DNA from: an uncultured Nitrospirales bacterium
Lineage (GTDB): Bacteria; Nitrospirota; Nitrospiria; Nitrospirales; NS-4
Direction: 5' to 3'
DNA length: 60,768 bases
Assembly: GCA_964610095.1 (NCBI GenBank)
Contig: CAZSUT010000004.1
Coordinates: 1-60,768 of the forward strand
Below, piece by piece: positions 9,056-17,683 of this stretch (positions are counted from its first letter, which is position 1; each line of letters opens with the position of its first letter). The notes under the pieces are model-generated. The model was not told where the DNA came from. It saw only the letters and a program-made list of their open reading frames with translations, and searched no databases. The position numbers were made by a program, and so were the translations under genes.

Positions 9056-10582
9056 CTATAAACGGCGTCGGCGGCGCCAGACGGCGAACCCGGCGAGCAA
9101 AAAGAAGCCAGGGAGACCCAGGACTTGCAGCGCGAACAGCGCGTTGGATTGGGCCACTGTGAGCAACAGCGTGCCAAGCCGCGTGTCCTTCGGCGCGATC
9201 GTGACCAGGTCCTTCTCTTCAGCCAGCCAGGCCACGGCGTGGAGGATGAAGTCGGTGTTGCCGGAGAAGTCCAGGAATGCGTTGCTGGCGAAGTCCGAGT
9301 CGCCAACGAGAAGAACCGCCGGTTGCCGGGCGTTCTCGGAAGGACTGGCCCTGGCGATGACCAGGGCGGCCAGGCTCAGCGGCCCCTGCGTGTCCTTCTG
9401 CGGGTCGAAATCACGGATCTGAGTGAGTTCTCCGGTGCGGGCCCAGCTGCGGGGGCTGGACTTGGCCAGGGGGTGGAACACCCACTCGTTGCCCTTGCTG
9501 TCGAGGAAGTTGACTGGGCGGACATGGGGAAACATGGTGAAAACCTGGCCCAGGTCCTGGGTGATCTCGTGAGTGCCGTAGGTATTCACCACTGGCATCG
9601 TCAGATCGCCGCCGAGGATGGTTTGGGTGTCCAGGACGGTCCGATTGTCTGCCTGCAGACCCCACGCCGCCAGGGTGCTGTCCAGGCCGGCGCGGGAGCC
9701 CGGGTCCAGCAGCACGAGGAGCCGACCGCCGGTCCGGATGTGGTCAGCGAGGAGGAGTTGCTCCTCAGGGGACACCGGCTTCTGGGGCCCGCCCAGCACG
9801 AGCACTGACGCGTTCTTGGGGATCGTTTTGGACTCGTAGAGAGAGAGCGACCGAACGGTGTACCCTTGCCGCTCCAGGGCCTCTTTCAAAAAGGAATAGC
9901 CCTCCTTGCTCCTGTCCTCCAGCAAATGTTCCGCGTGCCCGGTCAGGAAATAGACGGTCTTTTTCTCGTCCTTGGTCACGCGGATGAGGGCGTTGGTCAG
10001 CTCCTGCTCGGAGGCGGAGGTGATCCGCGTCTCCTGTTTGCCGCTCTCCAGGACGGCTGTGTCCGGCCGGGAGATGCCGTATTGCCGGGCGACGCCCGGC
10101 TTTTTTTCCGGGTCCACGAACTCCACCATGAGCTTAGCGGTATGAGCCTGATAGCTGTCGATGAGGTCGCGGTACGCTAGGCGGACTGGGTTCTGATCAC
10201 TGGTGAAGACGGTCACCTTGACCTCCCGGGGCAGCTCCCGGAGCAGACGGGCCGTCTGCGGAGCGAGGGTGAAGCGTTTCGTCTCCGAGAAATCCAAGCG
10301 GACACTGTGGCGCGCGGCCAGGAAGTTGAGGATCCCGAGGATGGTGCCCATCAGAACGATCATCAGGACGCTGTTAAGACCCAGGCGAGTCGCCCGGCGC
10401 GTCGAGAACTCCCGGAACAACTCGAAGTGCGTAACGAGGAAGACGGTCAAGCAGGCGGCCGCCAGGCCTTCCTCCGTGGCGATGAGCGCGGTGCGCTCCG
10501 GAGCGAGCACATAAATGACCACCCCGGCGCCGGCAAGGACGCCCCCCAGGACCCCCAACAGGAACGTCAGCCGATCGCTCAT
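9056..10582 (-). CDS. GldG-like ABC transporter auxiliary component
   Basis: Two N-terminal TMs, RLDFSETKRFTL, YFLTGHAE, LLVGDSDF, C-terminal TM plus RRRRRL. ATG is coupled to the upstream stop (TGATG). Confidence 0.85.
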   Translation of the reverse strand: MSDRLTFLLGVLGGVLAGAGVVIYVLAPERTALIATEEGLAAACLTVFLVTHFELFREFSTRRATRLGLNSVLMIVLMGTILGILNFLAARHSVRLDFSETKRFTLAPQTARLLRELPREVKVTVFTSDQNPVRLAYRDLIDSYQAHTAKLMVEFVDPEKKPGVARQYGISRPDTAVLESGKQETRITSASEQELTNALIRVTKDEKKTVYFLTGHAEHLLEDRSKEGYSFLKEALERQGYTVRSLSLYESKTIPKNASVLVLGGPQKPVSPEEQLLLADHIRTGGRLLVLLDPGSRAGLDSTLAAWGLQADNRTVLDTQTILGGDLTMPVVNTYGTHEITQDLGQVFTMFPHVRPVNFLDSKGNEWVFHPLAKSSPRSWARTGELTQIRDFDPQKDTQGPLSLAALVIARASPSENARQPAVLLVGDSDFASNAFLDFSGNTDFILHAVAWLAEEKDLVTIAPKDTRLGTLLLTVAQSNALFALQVLGLPGFFLLAGFAVWRRRRRL

Positions 10583-11352
10583 CACCGCCACCGCTGCGAT
10601 TCGATCACCCGGTGCGTCAGGAACAGGGTGAAGATAATGCCGGCGACGAAATAGACCAGGTCCTTCGTTTCCACCAGTCCCTTGACGAGCTGCTCGAAGT
10701 GATCGAGCGGGGAGAGGTAGGACAGGACCTTGCCGAGGGCGGTGCCGGCGAACACCTGCCCTGCCCAGCCGAAGAGCCAGAACAGGAGCAGGGCCCCGAA
10801 ACTTAGAATCACGGCGATGATCTGGTTCTCTGTCAGGCTCGACCCCAGCAGGCCCGCGCTCAGGAACAGCCCGCCCATGAGGAGGATGCCCAGGTACGCG
10901 GTGAGGATGGGGGGCCAGCGGAACTCGGCGAAGGGAGCCAGGGCGACCGGGGCGACCGCGCTCAGCGCCAGCACACCAGCGAAGACCGTCAGGGCCGCCA
11001 CGAACTTTCCCACGACGATGTCGGTGATCGTGACCGGCGAGGTCACGAGCAGCTCCATCGTCTTGAGCTTCTTCTCTTCGGCGAACAGGCGCATGGTCAG
11101 GATCGGCACGACCAGGAGCAGGATGACGGCCATGTTGTAGAACACGGGCCGGAAGACGAATTCGTTGAGGTTCAGCTCCGGAAGGTTCCCCTGCACGCGC
11201 AGCAGCTGCATGCTGCGGTTGCTGGCGGTCGCGATGGCCAGAAACGAGAGCAGGCCGGTCAGCAGGAGAAAGACAAAAGCAACCACGTAGGCGACCGGTG
11301 AGACGAAATACGAGCGGAGTTCCTTGCGAACGATGGCGCCAACCGGGCTCAT
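10582..11352 (-). CDS. ABC-2 type permease (GldF-like)
   Basis: KELRSYFVSPVAY, LTMRLFAEEKK, ELLVTSP, IVVGKF. Confidence 0.9.
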   Translation of the reverse strand: MSPVGAIVRKELRSYFVSPVAYVVAFVFLLLTGLLSFLAIATASNRSMQLLRVQGNLPELNLNEFVFRPVFYNMAVILLLVVPILTMRLFAEEKKLKTMELLVTSPVTITDIVVGKFVAALTVFAGVLALSAVAPVALAPFAEFRWPPILTAYLGILLMGGLFLSAGLLGSSLTENQIIAVILSFGALLLFWLFGWAGQVFAGTALGKVLSYLSPLDHFEQLVKGLVETKDLVYFVAGIIFTLFLTHRVIESQRWR

Positions 11353-12290
11353 GGCTGGGCCTCCACGCCTTCCTCATGTTGGGTCAGGCGCAGGAACACG
11401 TCCTCCAGCGTCATGGCCACGAGCTTGAGCTCGAGGAGGCCCCAATCGTTCTGGACAGCAACGCGGCCAAGGTCTTCGCGCAGGTCACGGCCGAGTTCCG
11501 TCTCGACCAGGAACGTGTTCTCGCCTTCCTGGCGCACCGAGAGCACGCCGGGGAGGGTTAGGAGGCGTTCCTGCACGTCGGGTGTGGAATGTCTCAATGT
11601 GAGGCTCACCTTCTCGGAGCGGCGGAGGCGGGCCGACAACTGTTCCTGGGTGTCTTCGGCCACGATCCGGCCGTCGTTGATGATGACCACGCGCTTGGCG
11701 ACTGCCGTGGCTTCGGGCAGGATGTGGGTGCTCAGGATGATGGTGCGTGCGCCCGCTAGGTCGCGGATCAGCTGCCGGATTTCGATGATCTGCTTGGGGT
11801 CGAGCCCGACCGTCGGCTCGTCCAGGATGAGGATCGGCGGGTCGTGGATGAGGGCCTGGGCCAGCCCGACCCGCTGTTGGAAGCCGCGGGAGAGGTTGCC
11901 GATCAGCCGGCCCCGCACCTCGCCCAGGGACATCTGCTCCAGGACCTGATCGAGGGCCACCGGCAGGCGTTCCGGCTCGATGCCCTTGATCCGGCCGACG
12001 AAGGTCAGGTACTCGGTGACTGTCATCTCGGTATAGAGCGGCGGGACTTCCGGCAGATAGCCGATCAGACGTTTGACCTCCTTGGGCTGGTCGAAGCAAT
12101 CGTAGCCGGCGATCTTCGCGGAGCCGGACGTCGCCGGCAGGGAGGCCGTCAGGATCCGCATCGTGGTGGTCTTGCCGGCTCCGTTGGGGCCCAGAAAGGC
12201 CAGCACTTCCCCTTTTTCCACGGAGAAGCTGACATCGGCAATGGCAGTCTTGGAACCGTAGAGCTTGGTCAGATGCTCGACCTGGATCAT
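11349..12290 (-). CDS. ABC transporter ATP-binding protein (GldA-like)
   Basis: Walker A GPNGAGKT, signature LSRGFQQR, ILDEPT. Confidence 0.93.
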   Translation of the reverse strand: MIQVEHLTKLYGSKTAIADVSFSVEKGEVLAFLGPNGAGKTTTMRILTASLPATSGSAKIAGYDCFDQPKEVKRLIGYLPEVPPLYTEMTVTEYLTFVGRIKGIEPERLPVALDQVLEQMSLGEVRGRLIGNLSRGFQQRVGLAQALIHDPPILILDEPTVGLDPKQIIEIRQLIRDLAGARTIILSTHILPEATAVAKRVVIINDGRIVAEDTQEQLSARLRRSEKVSLTLRHSTPDVQERLLTLPGVLSVRQEGENTFLVETELGRDLREDLGRVAVQNDWGLLELKLVAMTLEDVFLRLTQHEEGVEAQP

Positions 12291-12436
12291 GGATGCGGGG
12301 AAAAACCTCTCTGCACGTGACGGTAATGCAGTTTTGACGAGTGTCCGTCATCTTATCCGCTGACTAGGAAGGCAGTCAAGGCAAGGGTGGAGGCGGGAGG
12401 CGGAAGGAGGGAAAGAAGGCTCCCTAAAAAAATTTA

Positions 12437-12464
12437 TTGACAATTGGAAGAGTTCAGCTATATT
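12437..12464 (+). promoter_or_regulatory. sigma70 promoter of speDE
   Basis: TTGACA-16-TATATT preceded by an A/T tract. Confidence 0.6.
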
Positions 12465-12578
12465 CACACACAATTTTCGGGTGTCATGGTCTTTCCCGGT
12501 AGTGTCCCGAAGGGGAGGTGCGATAGACGATAAATTGGCCACTCTCTATACAACCCACAGCGAAAGGGGGCAAATGAA

Positions 12579-13025
12579 TTGCACGCACTAGGTCGTCACT
12601 TGGTGCTTGAGTTGAACGGTTGCAACCCCAAACTTCTTAATGATGTAAAGAGAGTGGAAGAGATCATGGTCGCCGCAGCCAAGATTGCGAAGGCCACCAT
12701 CGTCGGCACCCACTTCCATCAATTCAGTCCCTTCGGCATCAGCGGCGTCGTCGTCATTGCCGAATCTCACGTCGCGGTCCATACCTGGCCCGAACACGGG
12801 TATGCTGCGGTGGACATCTTCACCTGCGGGGAGACCCTCACTCCCGAAGTCGCGGCCCAATACCTTGTGGAGAAGTTCCAGGCCCGTCAACCGTCGCTCA
12901 TCGAACTCAAGCGCGGGCTGATTCCGGACTCCAAGCCGGCCAAGGTGGCTTCCTCCAAGGTCACCAAGGTGGCGAAGGAGGTTTTTGCCTATGGACGCCC
13001 CAAAGAACTCCAAGTGGTTTCATGA
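12579..13025 (+). CDS. speD: S-adenosylmethionine decarboxylase proenzyme
   Basis: LGRHLVLEL, GVVVIAE|SHVAVHTWPE self-cleavage site, DIFTCG; TTG start after a GAAAGGGGG RBS. Confidence 0.93.
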   Translation: MHALGRHLVLELNGCNPKLLNDVKRVEEIMVAAAKIAKATIVGTHFHQFSPFGISGVVVIAESHVAVHTWPEHGYAAVDIFTCGETLTPEVAAQYLVEKFQARQPSLIELKRGLIPDSKPAKVASSKVTKVAKEVFAYGRPKELQVVS

Positions 13026-13929
13026 GCGACTGGGGCCTAGCGAGGGGCATGTCCACGAAGTAAAGACCGTCCTTTTTTCCAAGCAGACTCCGTTCCAACA
13101 CATCGAGATCGTCGAGTTGGGGGACTACGGCCGGTCGTTGATCCTCGACGGCAAGGTCCAGTCCACCCAGATGGACGAGTTCATCTATCACGAGGCACTC
13201 GTCCACCCGGCCATGCTGGTGCATCCCAACCCCAAGCGGGTGATGGTCATTGGCGGGGGGGAGGGGGCCACGCTCCGCGAGGTCCTCCGGCACCGCTCGG
13301 TCGAGGGGGCGCTGATGGTAGACATCGACCGCGAGGTCATCGAGATTTCCCGCGCGATGCTCCCGGAGTTCCATGCCGGCGCGTTCGACGACCCGCGCAC
13401 CGAGCTGGCCTTCGAGGATGCCCGTCGGTGGCTCGAGACGCACGATCAGGTCTTCGATGTAATCATCATCGACCTGTCCGACCCCACCGAAGAGGGGCCA
13501 TGCTACCGGCTCTACACGCGGGAGTTCTACCAGTTGGTGAATCGGCGGCTCTCGTCAGAGGGGACGATCGCGCTCCAGTCCGGCACAGTGGCGCCACACG
13601 ATCTGCTGAACTTCAGCGCAGTCTACCGCACGTTGCTGACCGCCTTTCCGGTCGTGTGCCCTTATTCGGTGAATGTCCCCTGCTTCGGCCTGCCCTGGGG
13701 GTTCCAGATGGCGTCGAAGGAGGTCGATCCGCGGGCGTACTCGGCCGCCGATTATGACAAGATGATCGCCCGGCGAATCCAGGGCGAGTTGAAGTATTTG
13801 ACCGGGGAGGTCTGCATCGCCCAGACGGCGCTGCCGAAACATCTGCAGGCCCGCCTGGCCAGCGAGACCCGCCTCATCGAGGACGACGCGCCGCTCTATA
13901 CCTATCACGATCACGCCCGCGCCCATTAA
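12991..13929 (+). CDS. speE: Polyamine aminopropyltransferase (spermidine synthase)
   Basis: LDGKVQST..DEFIYHEALVH, IGGGEG, DVIIID; AAGGAGG RBS located inside speD. Confidence 0.93.
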   Translation: MDAPKNSKWFHERLGPSEGHVHEVKTVLFSKQTPFQHIEIVELGDYGRSLILDGKVQSTQMDEFIYHEALVHPAMLVHPNPKRVMVIGGGEGATLREVLRHRSVEGALMVDIDREVIEISRAMLPEFHAGAFDDPRTELAFEDARRWLETHDQVFDVIIIDLSDPTEEGPCYRLYTREFYQLVNRRLSSEGTIALQSGTVAPHDLLNFSAVYRTLLTAFPVVCPYSVNVPCFGLPWGFQMASKEVDPRAYSAADYDKMIARRIQGELKYLTGEVCIAQTALPKHLQARLASETRLIEDDAPLYTYHDHARAH

Positions 13930-13983
13930 GGGGCGTCCCGCAGATTCTGATCATCGAGGACGAGGCCAAGGTGGCCTCTTTGC

Positions 13984-14847
13984 TCATTGGTTCCTGTGGG
14001 CGAATGTGCTGCTGGGTGCCAGCGTGTGAATCTCCGGCACAGACGGTTTTCCTTCCCATGACCACTTCAACTGAATCGCGAAATACTTCTGCGTCAGGCC
14101 GCCACGATCTATGGACTGATCCGTCTCTTGAAACGCCATCACTTCCCACCCCTTCCAACGGACAGCGAGCCCGACGATCCAATCCAGCTCACTGGGCCGT
14201 ACTGGATTCGAAGTGTCGCGATCCGTAAAAAAATTCGTATCCCCGATCAGCCAGACCCGCTCCCGATAGAGAGGGAGCTCGCCGTGGAGCACATACCGAA
14301 AGAGAGCCCGTCCGGTATTGTCAGGCCGGGCAAAGTAGGTCTGGGTGGCGAACAGCCAGCCGATCGCGGCATAGAACTCCGAGTTCTTGATCAGGAGAGA
14401 ATCCTGGTGCCAGAGGCCTTGTACCTCCGCGAACGCCTGGACGAGGCCGCTCTTGTCGATGGGCATGTCGCGCTCATAGCGGAGCAGACCCGCCCACTGT
14501 TCGTAGCGGTACAGGAATCCCACGGCTTGATCCCATTCAGACGGCCGGAATTCGTTATGTGCGTCCTTATCAGTAAAGAAATTCGTGTCGAGGACCAGCG
14601 CGAAGGGAGCCCAATGCGGCTGGATTTCGAAATGGCCGAGGTACCGGTATTTCACGGTCCCGGTGTTATCGGGGCGTGCTCGGAACGAGCTGTTGTCCAC
14701 GAAGTCGGACAACGACAGTGAGAACTGAACGTCCGGAGGGCGGACTTCTTCGATTTCGACCCGGCCGGACTTCTCCAGGGCCAGCGCGGGTGAGGCGAGG
14801 AAAGCGAGCACGGTGATCGAAAGAATGAGGTCGCGATGGGTCCTCAC
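13984..14847 (-). CDS. Hypothetical exported (probable outer-membrane beta-barrel) protein with an internal two-fold duplication
   Basis: GTG start overlapping the rimO stop (GTGA); signal peptide ...LAFLASPALA; ARPDNTG...DTNFFTD...RPSE occurs twice. Confidence 0.7.
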   Translation of the reverse strand: MRTHRDLILSITVLAFLASPALALEKSGRVEIEEVRPPDVQFSLSLSDFVDNSSFRARPDNTGTVKYRYLGHFEIQPHWAPFALVLDTNFFTDKDAHNEFRPSEWDQAVGFLYRYEQWAGLLRYERDMPIDKSGLVQAFAEVQGLWHQDSLLIKNSEFYAAIGWLFATQTYFARPDNTGRALFRYVLHGELPLYRERVWLIGDTNFFTDRDTSNPVRPSELDWIVGLAVRWKGWEVMAFQETDQSIDRGGLTQKYFAIQLKWSWEGKPSVPEIHTLAPSSTFAHRNQ

Positions 14848-16298
14848 CCGACGATGCGGCCGACAAGGTCGTAGGCGGCGGCGTCGGTGATCTCGACCTT
14901 GACGAAATCGCCGGGCACGGGAAGGGGCGTGTCGGGGTACCCGTTGCTCGTGGTTGCAACGGGTCGTATCGCCTGGGGCGGGCGGGTGAGATTGGCCGTG
15001 CAATCGGTGAGATAGACGACGCCGTCGATCTCGGGGGCTTGGCCTTCGTGGCGGGCCTCCAGCAATAGCTCTGTTTCCTCCGATACGCCGTCCACCATCG
15101 CCTCGATGGTGTGCCCGATAAGCCGACGGCTTTTCTTCAGCGCGATCCCTTCCTGAATCGCGAGCAACGCGGCGCGGCGCTCTTCCATGAGCCGGCGCTC
15201 GATTTTCTTGTCCAGGTCGACGGCGGGCGTGCCCTCTTCGTCCGAGTACAGGAACACGCCGACCCGGTCGAAGTCCATCTCGCGCAGATAGCGCTTGAGC
15301 TCGGTGAAAGCGGCCGTGGTCTCGCCCGGGAAGCCGACGATGAAAGCCGTCCGGAAGGTAAGGCCGGGAATGCGGGCGCGCAGCCGGTCTACAAGCCTCG
15401 TGATGTGGGCCTTGTCGCCCAGACGGTGCATGCGCTTCAGCAGGGCATCGTTGACGTGTTGGAAGGGCATGTCGATGTACTTGGTGATTTTCTCTTCCCC
15501 CGCGTAGAGATCGATCAACTCGTCCGTCACATGTTGGGGATAGAGATAGAACGGCCTGATCCAGCGGAGGCCCTGCACTGTGGCCAGCTCCCGCAACAGG
15601 GCGACCAAGCCGTGTTTCAGGCCGAGGTCCACGCCGTAGTTGATGGTGTCCTGCGAGATGAGGTTGATCTCCTTGACGCCGTCAGCCGTCAGGGCGGTGG
15701 CTTCCGCGACGATGGACTCGATCGACCGGCTCCGCTGCTTCCCACGCATGAGCGGGATGGCGCAGAACGCGCAGTTCCGATTGCAGCCCTCCGCGATCTT
15801 GACGTACGCGGAGTGCGCCTTGCCGAGCCGCAGCCTTGGCGTCAGCTCGTCGTACAGATAGGGCGGCGGGCTGGCCCACACCCGCTGGGTCCGGCGGCCA
15901 AGACCGAGGAGGGAACGGCAGATCTCCGCGATGCGGCCGGTGTCCCCGGTGCCGACGACGCCGTCCAGCTCCGGCAGCGCCTTGAGCAATTCGCCCTGGT
16001 AGCGCTGGGCGAGGCAGCCGGCGGCGATCAGGACTTTGCACGCCCCCGTCTTCTTCAGTGCGCCGTGCTCGATGATGGCATCGATGGACTCCTGTTTGGC
16101 TTCCTCGATGAAGCCGCACGTGTTGATGATAACGACCTCGGCGCGCGCGGGATTGTCAGTCAAGGTGAAGCCGTCCTGCGCCAGCGTGCCCAGCATGACT
16201 TCGCTGTCCACCTGGTTCTTGGAGCAGCCGAGGTTGACGAAGCCGATCGTGGCCGTTCGGGTTCGCGTGCGTGGCGTGCTCAACGTGCGTGAAGCCAT
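14844..16298 (-). CDS. rimO: Ribosomal protein S12 methylthiotransferase
   Basis: NLGCSKNQVDSE, INTCGFIEEAKQES, EGCNRNCAFC, APEIDG plus TRAM domain. Confidence 0.95.
   Translation of the reverse strand: MASRTLSTPRTRTRTATIGFVNLGCSKNQVDSEVMLGTLAQDGFTLTDNPARAEVVIINTCGFIEEAKQESIDAIIEHGALKKTGACKVLIAAGCLAQRYQGELLKALPELDGVVGTGDTGRIAEICRSLLGLGRRTQRVWASPPPYLYDELTPRLRLGKAHSAYVKIAEGCNRNCAFCAIPLMRGKQRSRSIESIVAEATALTADGVKEINLISQDTINYGVDLGLKHGLVALLRELATVQGLRWIRPFYLYPQHVTDELIDLYAGEEKITKYIDMPFQHVNDALLKRMHRLGDKAHITRLVDRLRARIPGLTFRTAFIVGFPGETTAAFTELKRYLREMDFDRVGVFLYSDEEGTPAVDLDKKIERRLMEERRAALLAIQEGIALKKSRRLIGHTIEAMVDGVSEETELLLEARHEGQAPEIDGVVYLTDCTANLTRPPQAIRPVATTSNGYPDTPLPVPGDFVKVEITDAAAYDLVGRIVG
14917..14988 (-). 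repeat. Intragenic repeat element in rimO (72 bp, in frame)
   Basis: CACCCGCCCGCCCCAGGCG + 9-bp hairpin ACCCGTTGC/GCAACGGGT + GACACGCCCCTTCCCGT. Confidence 0.7.
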
Positions 16299-16563
16299 GA
16301 AGCGCAGTGTAGAGGAGCGGGGAATCCGTGTCAAATCAGATCGTCTGCGCACTTTCCCCTTGACTCTGCGCACGCCGGTCTTATAAGATGCGTGATGTCA
16401 TCACCATCATAATCATCATCGAAGCCTGTATTCTGCAGGCTTTCTTCAATCCCCACAGTTAGCGGTCTGTATTCCTATCTGAATACCCGGTGGGGCCCGC
16501 CGGGATGCAGCAGCAAGGTGCGTGCACCGGCTGCTTGGCATGAACCAGGGGCAAAGGGAAGGC

Positions 16564-17253
16564 ATGAACACAACTGGATTCTGCGCGAAGAGTCTCCTGT
16601 TCGCTTCGGTCTTGGCCTTACCGGCCTGCATGACGATTCCCAAGGGACTGGGTGACTATGACGCCGGCTTCAAGGAACGCGGCGTGGCCTCCTGGTACGG
16701 AGGCAGCTTTCATGGCCGGCTGACCGCGAACGGTCAAGTCTACGACCAATTCAAGATGACCGCTGCCCATCGGCTGCTGCCGTTGGGATCCGTGGCGCGC
16801 GTCACCAACCCCGAGAACGGGCGGGAGGTGGAGGTGTTCATCAACGATCGCGGCCCGTTCATCAGGGGCCGCATCATTGACCTCTCGTACGCAGCCGCGG
16901 AACACCTCGGCGCGGTCTATCCCGGCACGCTGCCGGTGGTGGTCCAAGTGCTCCAGATGGGCAAACGGAGCACGGCGACTGGTCGCCTGTTTGAACAGAA
17001 GCCGGAGAAAGGCCCTGGCCTCGAGTTGAGCGTAGCCGCGTTCCTGCGGAGCGGCGAACCTGCTTATGAGACGTCCTGGCTTCGCATGGCGGGCAGCCAG
17101 TTTGCGGTGGGCAGCCGGGGCCCCATGGACGTCCTCCGAGACCAGCGGCGTCCCCGCCGGGGATCCGACACCGCGGTGAGCCCTGAAGAGATGACTCCGG
17201 AAGACCATGCCGAATCCGTCCACGAGGAAATCATCGCGGGAGTCTTCGCCTAA
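16564..17253 (+). CDS. rlpA: Septal ring lytic transglycosylase RlpA family lipoprotein
   Basis: Lipobox-like ALPAC; GVASWYG, LTANG, TAAH, INDRGPF, IIDLSY. Confidence 0.88.
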   Translation: MNTTGFCAKSLLFASVLALPACMTIPKGLGDYDAGFKERGVASWYGGSFHGRLTANGQVYDQFKMTAAHRLLPLGSVARVTNPENGREVEVFINDRGPFIRGRIIDLSYAAAEHLGAVYPGTLPVVVQVLQMGKRSTATGRLFEQKPEKGPGLELSVAAFLRSGEPAYETSWLRMAGSQFAVGSRGPMDVLRDQRRPRRGSDTAVSPEEMTPEDHAESVHEEIIAGVFA

Positions 17254-17260
17254 CTCTCCA

Positions 17261-17290
17261 TTGACACTCCTTTAGACAACCCGATACACT
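17261..17290 (+). promoter_or_regulatory. sigma70 promoter
   Basis: TTGACA-18-TACACT upstream of the small basic protein gene. Confidence 0.5.
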
Positions 17291-17386
17291 CACCCTGCTG
17301 ATTCAACGCTAATTGTTATTCGAGAAAGAATTAGTGAGTCCGGGCGCGACCGTTTAACGATAAACGTCCAATGAGTGGGAGTGCTC

Positions 17387-17611
17387 ATGGCCAAGCAGAA
17401 GAATCCTATCGTGGAGGACATCGCGCGGCTCAAAAAGAAGATCGCCGAACGGAAGGCCAAGACAGACAAAGCGCTGGGCGACGCAGCCCTTCGAGCGTTG
17501 CGTAAGCGTTTGAAGCGGGAGCAGCGCAAGAGGCGAGCACCGGCGCAGCGCTTGGCGCATGCGCAAGGCAAAAAGAAAGACTCTCAACCGGCTGCTGCCG
17601 CCGCAAGTTAA
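17387..17611 (+). CDS. Small Lys/Arg-rich helical hypothetical protein (74 aa)
   Basis: GGGAG RBS; MAKQKNPIVEDIARLKKKIAERK...LRKRLKREQRKRR. Confidence 0.7.
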   Translation: MAKQKNPIVEDIARLKKKIAERKAKTDKALGDAALRALRKRLKREQRKRRAPAQRLAHAQGKKKDSQPAAAAAS

Positions 17612-17619
17612 GGAAGATC

Positions 17620-17670
17620 ACCCCCACCCATCCCTCCCCGCTCGAGGGGGAGGGTGAGGGAGGGGGGGGC
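17620..17670. repeat. REP-like C-rich/G-rich palindromic intergenic element
   Basis: ACCCCCACCCATCCCTCCCC-GCTCGAG-GGGGAGGGTGAGGGAGGGGGGGGC, with an 8-bp stem CCCTCCCC/GGGGAGGG. Confidence 0.6.
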
Positions 17671-17683
17671 AAGAGGTTGCGAG

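Noticed and set aside
10583-11377. 5' extension of the 773-aa ORF 9056-11377
   Set aside because: It overlaps the real permease in another frame; the GldG-like protein starts at the coupled ATG 10582.
16397-16420. His-rich run (HHHHNHH) suggesting a his attenuator
   Set aside because: That frame has a TGA just upstream and no start codon, and no his genes follow.
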